The position numbers and the translations under genes are program-made. Below are positions 1-12,939 of a DNA stretch of 64,000 nt, one piece after another. The first letter of the stretch is position 1. Every line of letters starts with the position of its first letter. The notes below the pieces were generated by a model, which searched no databases, was not told the DNA's origin, and was given only the letters and a program-made list of their open reading frames with translations. Location of the stretch: positions 96,001 through 160,000 of the forward strand of contig JBGTLG010000041.1 in the NCBI GenBank assembly GCA_041744215.1, in the 5' to 3' direction. The DNA comes from Fimbriimonadales bacterium. Lineage in GTDB: Bacteria; Armatimonadota; Fimbriimonadia; Fimbriimonadales; ATM1.

Positions 1-2
1 TG

Positions 3-410
3 GCTCAAGCCTTCACTCTTCTTGCCACCGCAACGAAGGTGCCCGCCAGCGCAGCAAAGAAGTCCCTGCTCTTGCGCGAGAATGATGAATTGATCGTTAA
101 TCCAGACCAATTGGTGTATAAGGCTGTTCACGCCAGCCCAGAGCCGCTGCCCAAGCCTGTTTGGCTGCCAGCTCCGCCGCAGGCGAAAGGCATGATCGAC
201 CAGGAGATCGAGAAGCTTCGCAGCAATTGGACGATTGGAGAATACGGGCTCACTATCGCAGAGGAACTGAAGCGTATCTTCACCCAACCAGACTCCTACG
301 AGGCTGCGCTCGAGATGGAGCGAGAGGCGTTTCTACGACTCCTCACAAGGCCGCTGACAATAAACAGAATCAAGCACCTTCTCGAAACTGGGAAACCACT
401 AAACAATTAG
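3..410 (+). CDS. C-terminal part of 3-hydroxyacyl-CoA dehydrogenase/enoyl-CoA hydratase (FadN-like), 5'-truncated by window edge
   Basis: Frame open from window start; C-terminus EREAFLRLL..TINRIKHLLETGKPLNN typical of FadN-type enzymes; directly upstream of etfBA. Confidence 0.75.
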   Translation, partial: AQAFTLLATATKVPASAAKKSLLLRENDELIVNPDQLVYKAVHASPEPLPKPVWLPAPPQAKGMIDQEIEKLRSNWTIGEYGLTIAEELKRIFTQPDSYEAALEMEREAFLRLLTRPLTINRIKHLLETGKPLNN

Positions 411-413
411 TCT

Positions 414-1163
414 ATGAAGATCCTTGTTCCTACAAAGCGAGTACCAGACCCGTACGCGAAGATTCGACTGACATCCGACGGATCCTCGATCGAAACGTCA
501 GCAATCAAGTTTGAGATAAATCCATTCGATGAGATTGCGGTCGAAGAAGCAGTCAGACAAAAAGAAGCTTTGGGCTGCGAGATCGTGGTTGTGAGCATAG
601 GACCGCCAGAATGCGAAGAGCAACTTCGAAAGTCACTCGCGATCGGGGCCGACAGAGCGATTCACATCGAGACAGCGGAGCTGTTTGATTCACTTGGTAT
701 CGCCAAAGTTCTTAAGTCAATCGTCGACCGAGAGCAACCCGATGTAGTCTTGATGGGAAAGCAAGCGATCGACGATGACGCGAATCAAGCTGGGCAGATG
801 CTCGCCGCACTCCTCGAATGGCCCCAAGCAACTTTTGCTAGCAAAGTCGAAATAGCGAATTCTAAGGCGACGGTGACGCGCGAAACCGACTTCGGGCAAG
901 AAACGCTGCGAATGTCGCTCCCATGTTTAATCACCACAGACTTGCGATTGAACGAACCCAGATACGTCGCGCTGCCTGGGATCATCAAGGCACGCACCAA
1001 GCCGCTTGAAAAGCTCACCATGGCTGACATAGGGGTGAGCGCAGAGTGTAGCATCGAGATTGTTGGCATGGAGCAGCCGCCATCACGAACCGCAGGCAGA
1101 AGAGTCGCCAGTGTGGATGAATTGCTTGAAGCGCTAAGAAACGAAAAAGGGGTTGCGATCTGA
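414..1163 (+). CDS. etfB: Electron transfer flavoprotein beta subunit
   Basis: MKILVPTKRVPD, INPFDEIAVEEA, GKQAIDDD, LNEPRY motifs. Confidence 0.96.
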   Translation: MKILVPTKRVPDPYAKIRLTSDGSSIETSAIKFEINPFDEIAVEEAVRQKEALGCEIVVVSIGPPECEEQLRKSLAIGADRAIHIETAELFDSLGIAKVLKSIVDREQPDVVLMGKQAIDDDANQAGQMLAALLEWPQATFASKVEIANSKATVTRETDFGQETLRMSLPCLITTDLRLNEPRYVALPGIIKARTKPLEKLTMADIGVSAECSIEIVGMEQPPSRTAGRRVASVDELLEALRNEKGVAI

Positions 1164-2059
1164 TGGGAAAGACGCTTCTCATATCGCTCGATGCCAACGA
1201 TGTCGAACCGCTGGCAGCGTTTGCGCAACGGCATGGGACTGCGTTCGACCTCTTGTCCCTCGCGTCACGTGCGCCGATAGACGTGGGCGCGGACACAGCG
1301 TATTCCGCAAACCTTAAAGAGGTTCCGCCTGCTGATTCGCTCGTGGCATCGTTACGCTCCTTTGCGGCCGACTACGATCTAATCGCTGTGTCCGCAAGTA
1401 TGTTTGGAAAAGACTTTGCTCCAAGACTTGCTGGCGCGCTTAACCGGCCAATGGTCGGAGATATACTCGAGATCAAGAGCGCTGACACGTTTGTTCGGCC
1501 GATGTACGCTGGAAATGTGCTGGCAACGGTTCGGGTCACGCAACCCAAGTTCGTAGCTTCAGTTCGTGCCACCGCGTTCGGAAGTCCATCTCGCGCCGGT
1601 GCGTCCGCAGAACAGTCAATATCGATTGCTGGCGAGGGAAAAGCAGAAAGAACCAGCGTGAGTGAAAAGGAAGCTGCACGGCCTGATCTGACGATGGCAA
1701 ACACCGTCGTTTCTGGCGGCAGGCCTCTCAAGGATGCAGAAACGTTTGAGAAACTGATCGGTGGATTGGCTGATGCGTTGGGCGGCGCGGCGGGTGCCAC
1801 TCGGGCCGCCGTCGACAGCAACATCGCACCAAACGAATTGCAGGTCGGCCAAACCGGAAAGATTGTTGCGCCTGATCTCTACATAGCCGCAGGGATCAGC
1901 GGAAGCACCCAGCACATGGCAGGAATGAAGGATAGCAAGGTAATCGTTGCCATCAATACTGATGGTGATGCGCCCATCTTCGAGATCGCGGACTACGGAC
2001 TTGTCATGGACCTTTACGAAGCAATTCCGGAACTGCTCAGCAAAGTCAAGCGAGCTTAG
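1163..2059 (+). CDS. etfA: Electron transfer flavoprotein alpha subunit
   Basis: VVSGGR, GATRAAVD, QVGQTGKIVAPDLYIAAGISGSTQHMAGM; overlaps etfB stop. Confidence 0.96.
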   Translation: MGKTLLISLDANDVEPLAAFAQRHGTAFDLLSLASRAPIDVGADTAYSANLKEVPPADSLVASLRSFAADYDLIAVSASMFGKDFAPRLAGALNRPMVGDILEIKSADTFVRPMYAGNVLATVRVTQPKFVASVRATAFGSPSRAGASAEQSISIAGEGKAERTSVSEKEAARPDLTMANTVVSGGRPLKDAETFEKLIGGLADALGGAAGATRAAVDSNIAPNELQVGQTGKIVAPDLYIAAGISGSTQHMAGMKDSKVIVAINTDGDAPIFEIADYGLVMDLYEAIPELLSKVKRA

Positions 2060-2319
2060 TTCTCAACTGGTAACGGTTGTTCTCCGGGACGCTTGTAGCC
2101 TTGTTCTCGGGCAAGCGCCTCGCGACCTCGTGGCTTCTCGAGCTCCGACTTTTCCTCCAGCATTCTAGCTCGCTCTTCCTCTGCCATACGCATCCGAGCG
2201 TCGCTTGCAGATTTCTTCGCCTTCTGATCTTGATACAACTCCCAAGTCCCCACATTGAAAAACATTGCCGCTAAGACCGCAATAGCCACAGCCAGCAAGA
2301 CAACTCCAAATCGCTTCAT
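2056..2319 (-). CDS. Septum formation initiator family protein (FtsB/DivIC-like)
   Basis: N-terminal TM helix, coiled coil, EALAREQGYKRPGE motif; downstream of eno. Confidence 0.7.
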   Translation of the reverse strand: MKRFGVVLLAVAIAVLAAMFFNVGTWELYQDQKAKKSASDARMRMAEEERARMLEEKSELEKPRGREALAREQGYKRPGEQPLPVEN

Positions 2320-3734
2320 ATCTTTGTCCTCGGGTCATGGACCTGCATGAGGGTGACCATGTTCGTCGTCCCAGGACGACCAACTGGGATGCCCGCTGTG
2401 ATAACGACTAAGTCACCCTGCTTTAAGACGCCGCCATCGATACCTGCAATAAATCCCTTCGAAATCATCTCCTCAGTATCGTGAAACTCGTCGGTCAAAA
2501 GCGGTTGGACACCCCATAAGAGTGCCACTTGCCTCGCGGTTCTCTCACGATAGGTAGCACAAAGCACCGGTACCCGGGGGCGAAACTTGGCAACCATTCT
2601 CGCAGTAAAGCCGCTCGTCGAAAACGATAAAATCGCACGCGCATGGAGGTCGCCGGCAATTCGACAAGCAGCGCGCGCGACCGCCTCAGTAGCGTCACCA
2701 GCCTTGCGCCATTCCTGCGCCTCTACCAAACGAGCAAACTCGGGACTCTTTTCGGTTTTCTCAGCGAGTCTACTCATCGCGTTCACAGCCTCCACCGGAT
2801 ACATCCCGCTTGCGGTCTCGCCGCTCAACATGATTGCATCGGTGCCGTCAAGAATCGCGTTTGCGACATCGCTTGCTTCTGCGCGTGTCGGTCGAGAATT
2901 CTCCATCATGCTTTCCATCATTTGGGTCGCCGTGATCACCGGCCTTCCAGCTTCTCGACACATGCCAATGATCCGCTTTTGCACAAGTGGAACGTCCTCA
3001 ATTGGAAGTTGAAGCCCCAAATCGCCGCGCGCGACCATGATCGCATCGCTGTGGCGGATGATGTTTGCGATATCTTGAACTGCACTCTTCGTTTCAATTT
3101 TCGCAACGATCTGAATCGACTTATCCAATTCATCGATGATCGCCCCGAGGCTAAGCACATCTTCCGCGGACCTCACATAGCTCATCGCAACATATTCCGC
3201 AGATAGCTCGGCGGCGACTTTTACGTCCTCGATGTCCTTTTGCGTAACGACGGGAACGTCGAAGCTTGCGCCGACGACAGTAACTCCGCGCCTCGAGTGG
3301 ACCCTTCCACCGGCGACGGTCGTCAAGATTGCTCCCTCTTCGCTCGTGGACTTGACCGAGAAAGCGACCTCACCGTCTCCGACAAGCACCTTGGCACCAG
3401 GAACGAGCTTAGCGAGAACCTCCGGAGCGAGAATGGGCAGTTCGCCCTCGCCAACCCCAACCCGAACTGTGCTGCCCTTGTCAACCTCGAGGGATCCGAC
3501 GACATCGCCAATCCTGAACTTTGGGCCGCTAAGGTCAACGAGGATAGAGACCGATGTCTTCAGTTCTTTCGAGATAGATCGAACCCAGTCAATCCATCGG
3601 CGACGAATAGCCCATTCGCCGTGGCTGCAGTTTATGCGAGCCACGTTCATCCCGGCCTCGATCAGTTGTCTGATACGCTCCTGCGAGTCAACTGCCGGGC
3701 CAATGGTGCAAACGATCTTTGTCTTTCGGGGCAT
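2316..3734 (-). CDS. pyk: Pyruvate kinase
   Basis: RKTKIVCTIGPA, AKIET, MVARGDLG, DAIMLSGETA. Confidence 0.98.
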   Translation of the reverse strand: MPRKTKIVCTIGPAVDSQERIRQLIEAGMNVARINCSHGEWAIRRRWIDWVRSISKELKTSVSILVDLSGPKFRIGDVVGSLEVDKGSTVRVGVGEGELPILAPEVLAKLVPGAKVLVGDGEVAFSVKSTSEEGAILTTVAGGRVHSRRGVTVVGASFDVPVVTQKDIEDVKVAAELSAEYVAMSYVRSAEDVLSLGAIIDELDKSIQIVAKIETKSAVQDIANIIRHSDAIMVARGDLGLQLPIEDVPLVQKRIIGMCREAGRPVITATQMMESMMENSRPTRAEASDVANAILDGTDAIMLSGETASGMYPVEAVNAMSRLAEKTEKSPEFARLVEAQEWRKAGDATEAVARAACRIAGDLHARAILSFSTSGFTARMVAKFRPRVPVLCATYRERTARQVALLWGVQPLLTDEFHDTEEMISKGFIAGIDGGVLKQGDLVVITAGIPVGRPGTTNMVTLMQVHDPRTKI

Positions 3735-3772
3735 ACCTTCCCTGGCTGCTCCTGCCTAATTGTAGACTGTTC

Positions 3773-5920
<2,148 letters not shown>

Positions 5921-5928
<8 letters not shown>

Positions 5929-6454
5929 CTCAGAAAGGTCAACTGAAGTTCGAATGTCCGAACTGATGACACCCGAGTCCGCTAACTTTTTAGGAAACGT
6001 TTTTGGCGGAATCATTCTCGCAATGCTCGACAAGGTCGCCTATGTGACCGCGAGTCGGTTTGCCGGGAGAACTTGCGTGACTGCGAGTTTTGACCGAGTG
6101 GACTTTCATAGCCCAATCTATGTTGGCGAGCTTGTACACATGATCGGGCAAGTCGTATACGTAGGACGCACAAGCGTCCAAGTCGAAGTCCAAGTCCACG
6201 CAGAAAACATAAAGGAAGGGACCTATCGACATACCAACACATGCACGGCAACGCTAGTTTCGATCGACGAGAATCACAAACCGACTGCCGTGCCACGTTT
6301 ACAGTGTGAAACGCGAGAACAGATGATAAGTTTTCTTAAAGGCAAAGCGCGAAGAGAACTCTCACAAAAGCACCAAGCTGAGTTACAAAAGATCGCAGGA
6401 GACATCGAGTCGTTGACGGACGAAGCGATGCGTTCTGCAATCGAAGGCACCTAA
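5921..6454 (+). CDS. Acyl-CoA thioesterase (hotdog fold, YciA-like)
   Basis: ANFLGNVFGG..LAMLD, VTAS.D.VDF..P, VGRTS. Confidence 0.9.
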
Positions 6455-7728
6455 CGCTCAATCTTCTCGACACCCATAAACGGGCGGAGCGCCTCGGGAA
6501 CTTCTACGCTGCCGTCCTCTTGTTGATAGCTTTCCAACAACGCCGCGGTCAACCGCGGCAGCGCCACTCCACTCGCATTGAGCGTGTGCAAGAAACGTGG
6601 TTTGGCGCCAGCTTCCGGTCGATACCGGATGTTTGCACGCCGCGCCTGAAAGTCTTCAAAATTACTTGCGCTGCTAACTTCTAAGTACTGCCCGACGCCT
6701 GGGGCCCATATCTCGAGGTCGTAGCATTTCGCGTTCGCAAAGCTCATTTCGGGCGCGCAGAGCAGCGAAGTTCGGTAAGCCAGGCGCAAGGATTGGAGTA
6801 CTGCTTCGGCATCCAATCTAAGAGTCTCCAACTCATCATAACTTGACTCAGGCGTGCAGAATTTAACGAGTTCCACTTTGTCAAACTCGTGAACCCGAAG
6901 CAGCCCTCGCGTATCCTTGCCAGCTGCCCCCGCCTCTCTCCGGAAGCAGGCGGAAAACGCCGCGTAGTGAATTGGAAGCTGACTCGCTTCGAGTATCTCG
7001 TCGCGAAGCAGGTTTGTAACGGGCACCTCAGCGGTTGGAACTAAGAACAGATCGTCTCGATCGGTTCGATACAGATCATCCTCAAACTTTGGCAACTGGC
7101 CAGTGCCTAACAGCGAGTCTCGATTCACGAGAAGCGGTGGATAGATTTCGGTGTAGCCACGCTGATCGCAATGAAACTGGACCATATAGTTGAACAGCGA
7201 CCGTTGCAATCTTGCTCCCAACCCACGATAAACGATGAACCCGCTGCCTGCTATCTTTGCGCCGGCTGCGAAGTCGATGATCCCTAATGCTTCCGCGATT
7301 TCCCAGTGAGGTTTCGGCTCAAAGTGGAAGCTTGGCTTCTCGCCCCACTCGTCAACGATTAGGTTGTCCGATTCACCCTCGCCGTCAGGCACGCTGGGAT
7401 GCGGAATATTGGGGATTTGCAACTCGATTTCACGGAGTCCACCCTCCAGTTCACGCTCTCGCTCTTCGGCTGAAGAAATCTCTTCTCGGAGCGCCTTTCC
7501 TCGCTGTTGATAAGATTCGGCTTCCTCACGCTTGCCAGCCTTCATTAGCTCGCCGACAGTCTTACCTATAACGTTTGACTCAGCTCGCTTCGCGTCTAGC
7601 TCCGTTTTTAGGGAACGTAACTCAGCGTCAACTTTCAGGAACTCTTCGATAGGCGCTTCGATACGTTTGCGGGCTGCGCCCAGCATGACGCGTTCTGTTT
7701 CTGTCCTGATGACGTTCCTATCCAACAC
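6451..7728 (-). CDS. serS: Seryl-tRNA synthetase
   Basis: N-terminal coiled coil, PTAEVP, FRREAG, HEFDKVE, HTLNASG. Confidence 0.98.
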   Translation of the reverse strand: MLDRNVIRTETERVMLGAARKRIEAPIEEFLKVDAELRSLKTELDAKRAESNVIGKTVGELMKAGKREEAESYQQRGKALREEISSAEERERELEGGLREIELQIPNIPHPSVPDGEGESDNLIVDEWGEKPSFHFEPKPHWEIAEALGIIDFAAGAKIAGSGFIVYRGLGARLQRSLFNYMVQFHCDQRGYTEIYPPLLVNRDSLLGTGQLPKFEDDLYRTDRDDLFLVPTAEVPVTNLLRDEILEASQLPIHYAAFSACFRREAGAAGKDTRGLLRVHEFDKVELVKFCTPESSYDELETLRLDAEAVLQSLRLAYRTSLLCAPEMSFANAKCYDLEIWAPGVGQYLEVSSASNFEDFQARRANIRYRPEAGAKPRFLHTLNASGVALPRLTAALLESYQQEDGSVEVPEALRPFMGVEKIER

Positions 7729-7755
7729 GGGAGAAATACCGCCTTGCGTAATAGC

Positions 7756-9489
7756 CTATTTGTTCAAGTCTTCGGCGCGCTGAACGTCAAGCTTCATTGG
7801 AATCTTGACAGAGAACGTGGAGCCTTCGCCGATCTCCGATTCGGCCCACACCTCTCCCAAATGAATCTGTTCAACCAGGTGCTTGACCAGGAAGAGCCCG
7901 AGCCCGGTTCCGTAGATCTTCCGATTGTCTTCCGTATGGACGCGGTGGAATCGGTCAAAAACCTTCGGCAGGTGCTCTTTGGGGATTCCAATTCCCTGAT
8001 CGGAGATCGAGACAACTATATCGGATGGCTGCACTTCGATCTTGACCGTTATCTTTCCTCCGCCTGGAGAATACTTGACCGCGTTGCCGACGAGATTCGT
8101 GAGGATCTGATCGAGTTTGTCACTGTCAGCGATGATTTCGGGCACCGAAGGAGGTGCGTCGAGAACGATCTCATGCTTCGCCGTACCCTGTCGCTGGATC
8201 AACACGACCTTCTTCGCGAGTTGGAGAACGTCTACATTCTCATAGGTCGGCTTAAGGCTCTCACCAGCTTCTATCCGGGCGATGTTCAATAGGTCATTGA
8301 TGAGGCGGGTCAATCGGTCGCACTCGTGGTCGATAATCGTGTAGAACTCGCGCCGATCCTCCTCAGGAAACGTATCATCCATCAATAGAGTGCTGATGAA
8401 ACCCTTGATCGCCGTGAGGGGCGTGCGCAACTCGTGAGAGACGGTCGCGACGAACGCACTCTTCATGCGCTCGATGTTCTTGAGCTCGGTGACATCATTG
8501 AAAATGCCAACGGCGCCTATCAACCGCCCTTCTTCGCTCTTGACTTGCGCCGTCTGCACCTGGAAGATCCGCTCAGGCCGTCCCTCCGACTGGATCGACA
8601 TCTCGAGTGATTCAGAGTCCTTCCCCTCGACGCCGTTCCTTATCACCTGGGCAACCCTTGCATCGCGAACGACCGAGCTTAGATCGGATCCGATCACATC
8701 GGTGCCTACAGAAAAAATCGCCCTCGCGCTCCCGTTCATTTGCATGACGCGTCCATCAGCGCTAACAAGCACAATTCCTGCCGCAAGCGACTCCAGCGTG
8801 TGAAGAAGCTCTTCTTTTTCTTCGACGATCTCCTGATAGAGACGGAGGTTTGAGATGATGGACGCCGCGCTCTTCGCCATCCGTTCCAAAAGCCGAACGT
8901 CCTCGTCGTTGAAGTCTTCGCCATGGCGCTTGTTGAACGCGTGCAGCACGCCGATCGTCGTTCGATCAACAACACGGTTCTCTTCGTCCCGCTTTTCGAT
9001 TACGAGCGGTACGGTGACGCCATTCTGGACATGGAGGATGCCGAAGGGATCTCCAGCGGTGCGAACATCGCCGAGCGCATCATGAAAAATAGTCGGCCGC
9101 CCCTCGCGAAAGACCTCACCGGAAACACCTTGAGTCGCCCGAAGCCGCACCATGCCAAGCAAATCTTCATCAATACCGAAAGCTGGCGGGATGCCCATGA
9201 GCTCGCCGGTCTCACGATCATAAAACATCATCAAGACCTTTTCGGCCTGAAGAATCATGGCGATCCGCTGCACCAATCGACGCAGCGTACTGTCGAGTTC
9301 GCTGATTGGAGCGATGTCCTCAACTTCGCTCGCCGCACGTGCTGCCCCCTGGGATCTTTGCCGGAGACTTGCGATCGTCGCTTCGGCGTCTTGGAGCTTC
9401 TTACCGAGTTCCTCAATTTGTCGCCGAAGCGCAGCGTCTTCTGAGGGGGTGCCCCTTTCTTCCATGTGGGTATCCATACTCCAAATCAT
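7756..9489 (-). CDS. Cytoplasmic GAF-PAS sensor histidine kinase
   Basis: GAF with NKRHGEDFNDE, PAS, H-box SHELRTPL, N-box NAVKYS, DQGIGI, GTGLGL; no TM segments. Confidence 0.92.
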   Translation of the reverse strand: MIWSMDTHMEERGTPSEDAALRRQIEELGKKLQDAEATIASLRQRSQGAARAASEVEDIAPISELDSTLRRLVQRIAMILQAEKVLMMFYDRETGELMGIPPAFGIDEDLLGMVRLRATQGVSGEVFREGRPTIFHDALGDVRTAGDPFGILHVQNGVTVPLVIEKRDEENRVVDRTTIGVLHAFNKRHGEDFNDEDVRLLERMAKSAASIISNLRLYQEIVEEKEELLHTLESLAAGIVLVSADGRVMQMNGSARAIFSVGTDVIGSDLSSVVRDARVAQVIRNGVEGKDSESLEMSIQSEGRPERIFQVQTAQVKSEEGRLIGAVGIFNDVTELKNIERMKSAFVATVSHELRTPLTAIKGFISTLLMDDTFPEEDRREFYTIIDHECDRLTRLINDLLNIARIEAGESLKPTYENVDVLQLAKKVVLIQRQGTAKHEIVLDAPPSVPEIIADSDKLDQILTNLVGNAVKYSPGGGKITVKIEVQPSDIVVSISDQGIGIPKEHLPKVFDRFHRVHTEDNRKIYGTGLGLFLVKHLVEQIHLGEVWAESEIGEGSTFSVKIPMKLDVQRAEDLNK

Positions 9490-9618
9490 TGACGGCGGTA
9501 CGCCAAGGTGAACTGCGATTATACCGACCGCCCCCAGCCAATGCCCAAAAATCGACCTCCGGATGACGATTTCACGGACCCCAACCCGGTTCTGATATAC
9601 TCACCTTCAGTTCAGTTT

Positions 9619-10287
9619 ATGGGCCGAGACCTCGAAGAAATGCCGCTTTTTCCGCTCAATGCGGTGCTCTTGCCGTACCAGGCCATCCCCCTCCACGTTT
9701 TCGAGGACCGGTACCGAAGGATGATCCGGCGGTGCATCGCAGAGGATCGCTCCTTTGGGGTTGTGCTCATCCGACAGGGGGATGAGACAGGTGACCCGGA
9801 TGTAACCCCATACATGGTCGGTACCAGCGCCCGAATCCTCGAGCACTCGACCCTCCCCGATGGCAAGCTGCACCTGACCGCCGTGGGCGAGCGCCGCTTT
9901 CGGATCCGCCGCATCGAACGGGACGACGGTCACCTCGTTGGGCTTGTCGAGCCGATAATCGAGTTGGAATGGACCGACACTCCGGAGCACGACACGCTGA
10001 TTTCCCGGGCGAAGGACGCATTCCGCCTGCACATCAGCGCACTCTTTGGAGGGAAAGATGTCAACCTCAAAATTAGTTACACAGACGACCCTGTCGCGCT
10101 GTCATTCGCCATTGCGGGGTGCATCCACCTCTCCACACTCGAAAAACAGCGAATACTCGAGATTACGGACACGGCCGAGCGCATGAGAGAGATTGTCCCC
10201 CTGCTTGAGGCACAGGCCGTCGAGACGATGACCACCGCCCAGCGAACTGTCGAGGATGACTTCGAAGACTTCCTGTTCCCCAACTAG
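9619..10287 (+). CDS. LON peptidase substrate-binding domain protein (no protease domain)
   Basis: PLFPLNAVLLP, LHVFEDRYRRM, EKQRILE; start taken at ATG 9619. Confidence 0.88.
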   Translation: MGRDLEEMPLFPLNAVLLPYQAIPLHVFEDRYRRMIRRCIAEDRSFGVVLIRQGDETGDPDVTPYMVGTSARILEHSTLPDGKLHLTAVGERRFRIRRIERDDGHLVGLVEPIIELEWTDTPEHDTLISRAKDAFRLHISALFGGKDVNLKISYTDDPVALSFAIAGCIHLSTLEKQRILEITDTAERMREIVPLLEAQAVETMTTAQRTVEDDFEDFLFPN

Positions 10288-10314
10288 GATCCTTGCCCAA
10301 GACGTCCAATAGCT

Positions 10315-11583
10315 ATGATCCTCGCACTGGCAGCTATCTTCGCCCTGCAAACGACGCCACTTCAGTCGTTCATTGATAAAGTCGACGGACGCTACGGAGT
10401 GTCGGCGGGCCGACCGGAAACTGACGAAAGGGGCACTCTCCACTCGATACGGCTCGTCTCACAGGCGTGGCAGGGCACGACCTGGGCGCACGACATCGAG
10501 TTGATCGTTCCAAAGACCGACGACTTCCCAGACAAGACTCTGCTCTTCATCACCGGAGATCGTGGGTCAAGCGACCAGGATCGGACAGAAGCATGGAAAA
10601 TCGCCGAGCTCGGCAGGTTCTCAGTCGCGATTCTGTACGAGGCCCCAAATCAGCCGATTTTCGATCTAAGAGAAGACGATCTGATCGCATACACATTTGG
10701 GCAGTATCTTCGCACGGAAGACGACAGCTGGCCCCTCCTGTTTCCAATGGTGAAGTCGGCTGTAAAGGCGATGGACGCGATCGAGACGTACTCGGAAAGC
10801 AAACTGAGCAAAAAGATCGAGCGATTTGTCGTTACCGGAGCCAGCAAGAGGGCCTGGACGAGCTACCTCGTCGCAGCCTCGGACAAGCGCGTCATCGGAC
10901 TTGCGCCGATGGTTTTCGACTTCCTTGACTTCCCTCTGCAGCTGGAGCACCAGCGCAAGCTCTGGGGTGGATATAGCCCGATGATCGGCTCCTACACAGA
11001 ACGAGGGCTTCACGAGGTAGTTGAGTCGCCTCAAGGCCAGCGCCTGCTGGACAGAGTCGATCCAATACGGTACCGGGACAGGCTTACCATGCCGAAGCTA
11101 ATCATCTTGGGTGCCAACGACCCGTATTGGGCGATCAACGCGATCACCGTCTATTGGGATCGGCTGATGGGCGCTAAGGCGGTCATGTACGCCCCTAATG
11201 CTGGGCACAGTCTCAACGGAAACACCCGAGTTCACGGCAGTCTCGCGGTGTTTACCCGACTGGCAATGGCCGGCCGGCCATTGCCAAGCCTCACCTGGAA
11301 CTGGATGACAGCGATAGGGAGCGACACGACGACCCCTTCTCACGGCATCCTCACCCTTCGCGCTCCTGGCGCCGTCAAAACGAGGCTCTGGTCGGCAGAC
11401 TCTGCGAGCCGAAACTTCACCGAGTCGACGTGGAACATGACTGCCGAAGGCGGAACGGAATTCACGCCGAAACCGGCGTCCGGTCGATCCGGCTACCGCG
11501 CTGCGTTCGGGGAGGCCGAGTTTGAAATCGATGGGATTCGATGTTGGGTCTCCACTGTACCGATCATCCTCGCCGGCAGATAG
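10315..11583 (+). CDS. PqaA-family (PhoPQ-activated pathogenicity-related) alpha/beta hydrolase, exported
   Basis: Signal peptide; [42 protein letters not shown]. Confidence 0.88.
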   Translation: MILALAAIFALQTTPLQSFIDKVDGRYGVSAGRPETDERGTLHSIRLVSQAWQGTTWAHDIELIVPKTDDFPDKTLLFITGDRGSSDQDRTEAWKIAELGRFSVAILYEAPNQPIFDLREDDLIAYTFGQYLRTEDDSWPLLFPMVKSAVKAMDAIETYSESKLSKKIERFVVTGASKRAWTSYLVAASDKRVIGLAPMVFDFLDFPLQLEHQRKLWGGYSPMIGSYTERGLHEVVESPQGQRLLDRVDPIRYRDRLTMPKLIILGANDPYWAINAITVYWDRLMGAKAVMYAPNAGHSLNGNTRVHGSLAVFTRLAMAGRPLPSLTWNWMTAIGSDTTTPSHGILTLRAPGAVKTRLWSADSASRNFTESTWNMTAEGGTEFTPKPASGRSGYRAAFGEAEFEIDGIRCWVSTVPIILAGR

Positions 11584-11605
11584 ATCAAAATACGACCGTT
11601 CACTC

Positions 11606-12307
11606 ATGCATGCGCCATTGATCCGCCGTGCCGTCGTGCTCCTCAGCGGCGGGCTTGACTCGGCCACCACGCTCGCAATAGCGAAGTCGCAAAATCGTGA
11701 TTGCTATGCACTTTCGTTCAACTATGGGCAGCGTCACAGATTCGAACTCGATTGCGCAAAACACCTGGCAGAAGCGTTCAACGTGCGCGATCACGTGATC
11801 GTTGACGTGGATCTTCGCAAGTTCGGCGGATCAGCGCTAACGTCCGACACTCCTGTTCCGAGGAGCAATGCACGTAAGGGAGCACGCGAGATTCCGAAAA
11901 CGTACGTCCCTGCACGCAACACCATTTTTCTTTCGTTATCGCTTGCCTATGCCGAAGTAGCTGAAGCGCGGGACATCTTCATCGGTGTCAACGCACTCGA
12001 CTACAGCGGATACCCCGATTGTCGCCCTGAGTATCTGGACGCATTCCAGAAGATGGCTGCACTTGCGACAAAGTCTGGCGTCGAAGGAAATCCAGTAACA
12101 GTTTGCGCTCCGTTGGTGCGTATGTCTAAAGCTGAGATCATTCGGAGAGGAATGGAACTTGGTGTCAATTTCGCGATGACTTCCAGTTGCTACCTTGCTG
12201 ATGGTGAAGGACGCGCATGTGGAGAGTGCGACGCGTGCGCGATTCGCAAGCAAGGATTTGCGGATGCGGGTCTCGAGGATCCGATTCTATACGTAGGTGC
12301 AAAATGA
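11606..12307 (+). CDS. queC: 7-cyano-7-deazaguanine synthase
   Basis: [38 protein letters not shown]. Confidence 0.96.
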   Translation: MHAPLIRRAVVLLSGGLDSATTLAIAKSQNRDCYALSFNYGQRHRFELDCAKHLAEAFNVRDHVIVDVDLRKFGGSALTSDTPVPRSNARKGAREIPKTYVPARNTIFLSLSLAYAEVAEARDIFIGVNALDYSGYPDCRPEYLDAFQKMAALATKSGVEGNPVTVCAPLVRMSKAEIIRRGMELGVNFAMTSSCYLADGEGRACGECDACAIRKQGFADAGLEDPILYVGAK

Positions 12308-12939
12308 GTAAAACCTACTCGGTCAAGGAGATCTTTTACACTCTCCAGGGAGAAGGAGGTCAGTCGGGACGGGCAGCGGTTTTCTGCCGATTTTCGGGTT
12401 GTAACTTATGGTCAGGTCGTGAGGAAGATCGCGAAGTTGCCATATGTGATTTCTGTGATACTGACTTTGTCGGGATCGACGGAGATGGCGGCGGCAGATT
12501 TGCGAATGCAATGGATTTGACCGAGGCGATCCGAATCAAATGGCCGAGTGGTGGGAGCCCGCTGGTTGTCTTCACCGGTGGCGAACCCCTGCTTCAGCTC
12601 GATTCCGCCCTAATCGATATGTGCCACGAGCAAGGTTTCGAAGTCGCAGTCGAGACAAACGGAACAATCTCTGCGCCAAAAGAGATTGACTGGCTGACGG
12701 TTAGCCCTAAAGCCGGGGCAGATTTGGTGCAACGCAGAGGAACCGAGTTGAAGCTGGTCTTCCCTCAAGAAGGCGCACAACCGCATTTGTTCGAAGAACT
12801 AGAGTTTGAACACTTCTTCTTACAACCGATGGATGGTCCGAATGTGGACGAAAACACCAGACTTGCAACGCAGTATTGTTTAGCGAACCCACTCTGGAAA
12901 CTTAGTCTTCAAACTCATAAGCTACTCGGCCTCCGTTAG
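12304..12939 (+). CDS. queE: 7-carboxy-7-deazaguanine synthase (radical SAM, Cx14CxxC type)
   Basis: [51 protein letters not shown] overlap with queC. Confidence 0.95.
   Translation: MSKTYSVKEIFYTLQGEGGQSGRAAVFCRFSGCNLWSGREEDREVAICDFCDTDFVGIDGDGGGRFANAMDLTEAIRIKWPSGGSPLVVFTGGEPLLQLDSALIDMCHEQGFEVAVETNGTISAPKEIDWLTVSPKAGADLVQRRGTELKLVFPQEGAQPHLFEELEFEHFFLQPMDGPNVDENTRLATQYCLANPLWKLSLQTHKLLGLR

Noticed and set aside
11606..12939. 7-deazaguanine DNA modification (dpd) defence island
   Set aside because: No dpdA/tgt-like or other dpd genes nearby; ordinary queuosine pathway is more likely
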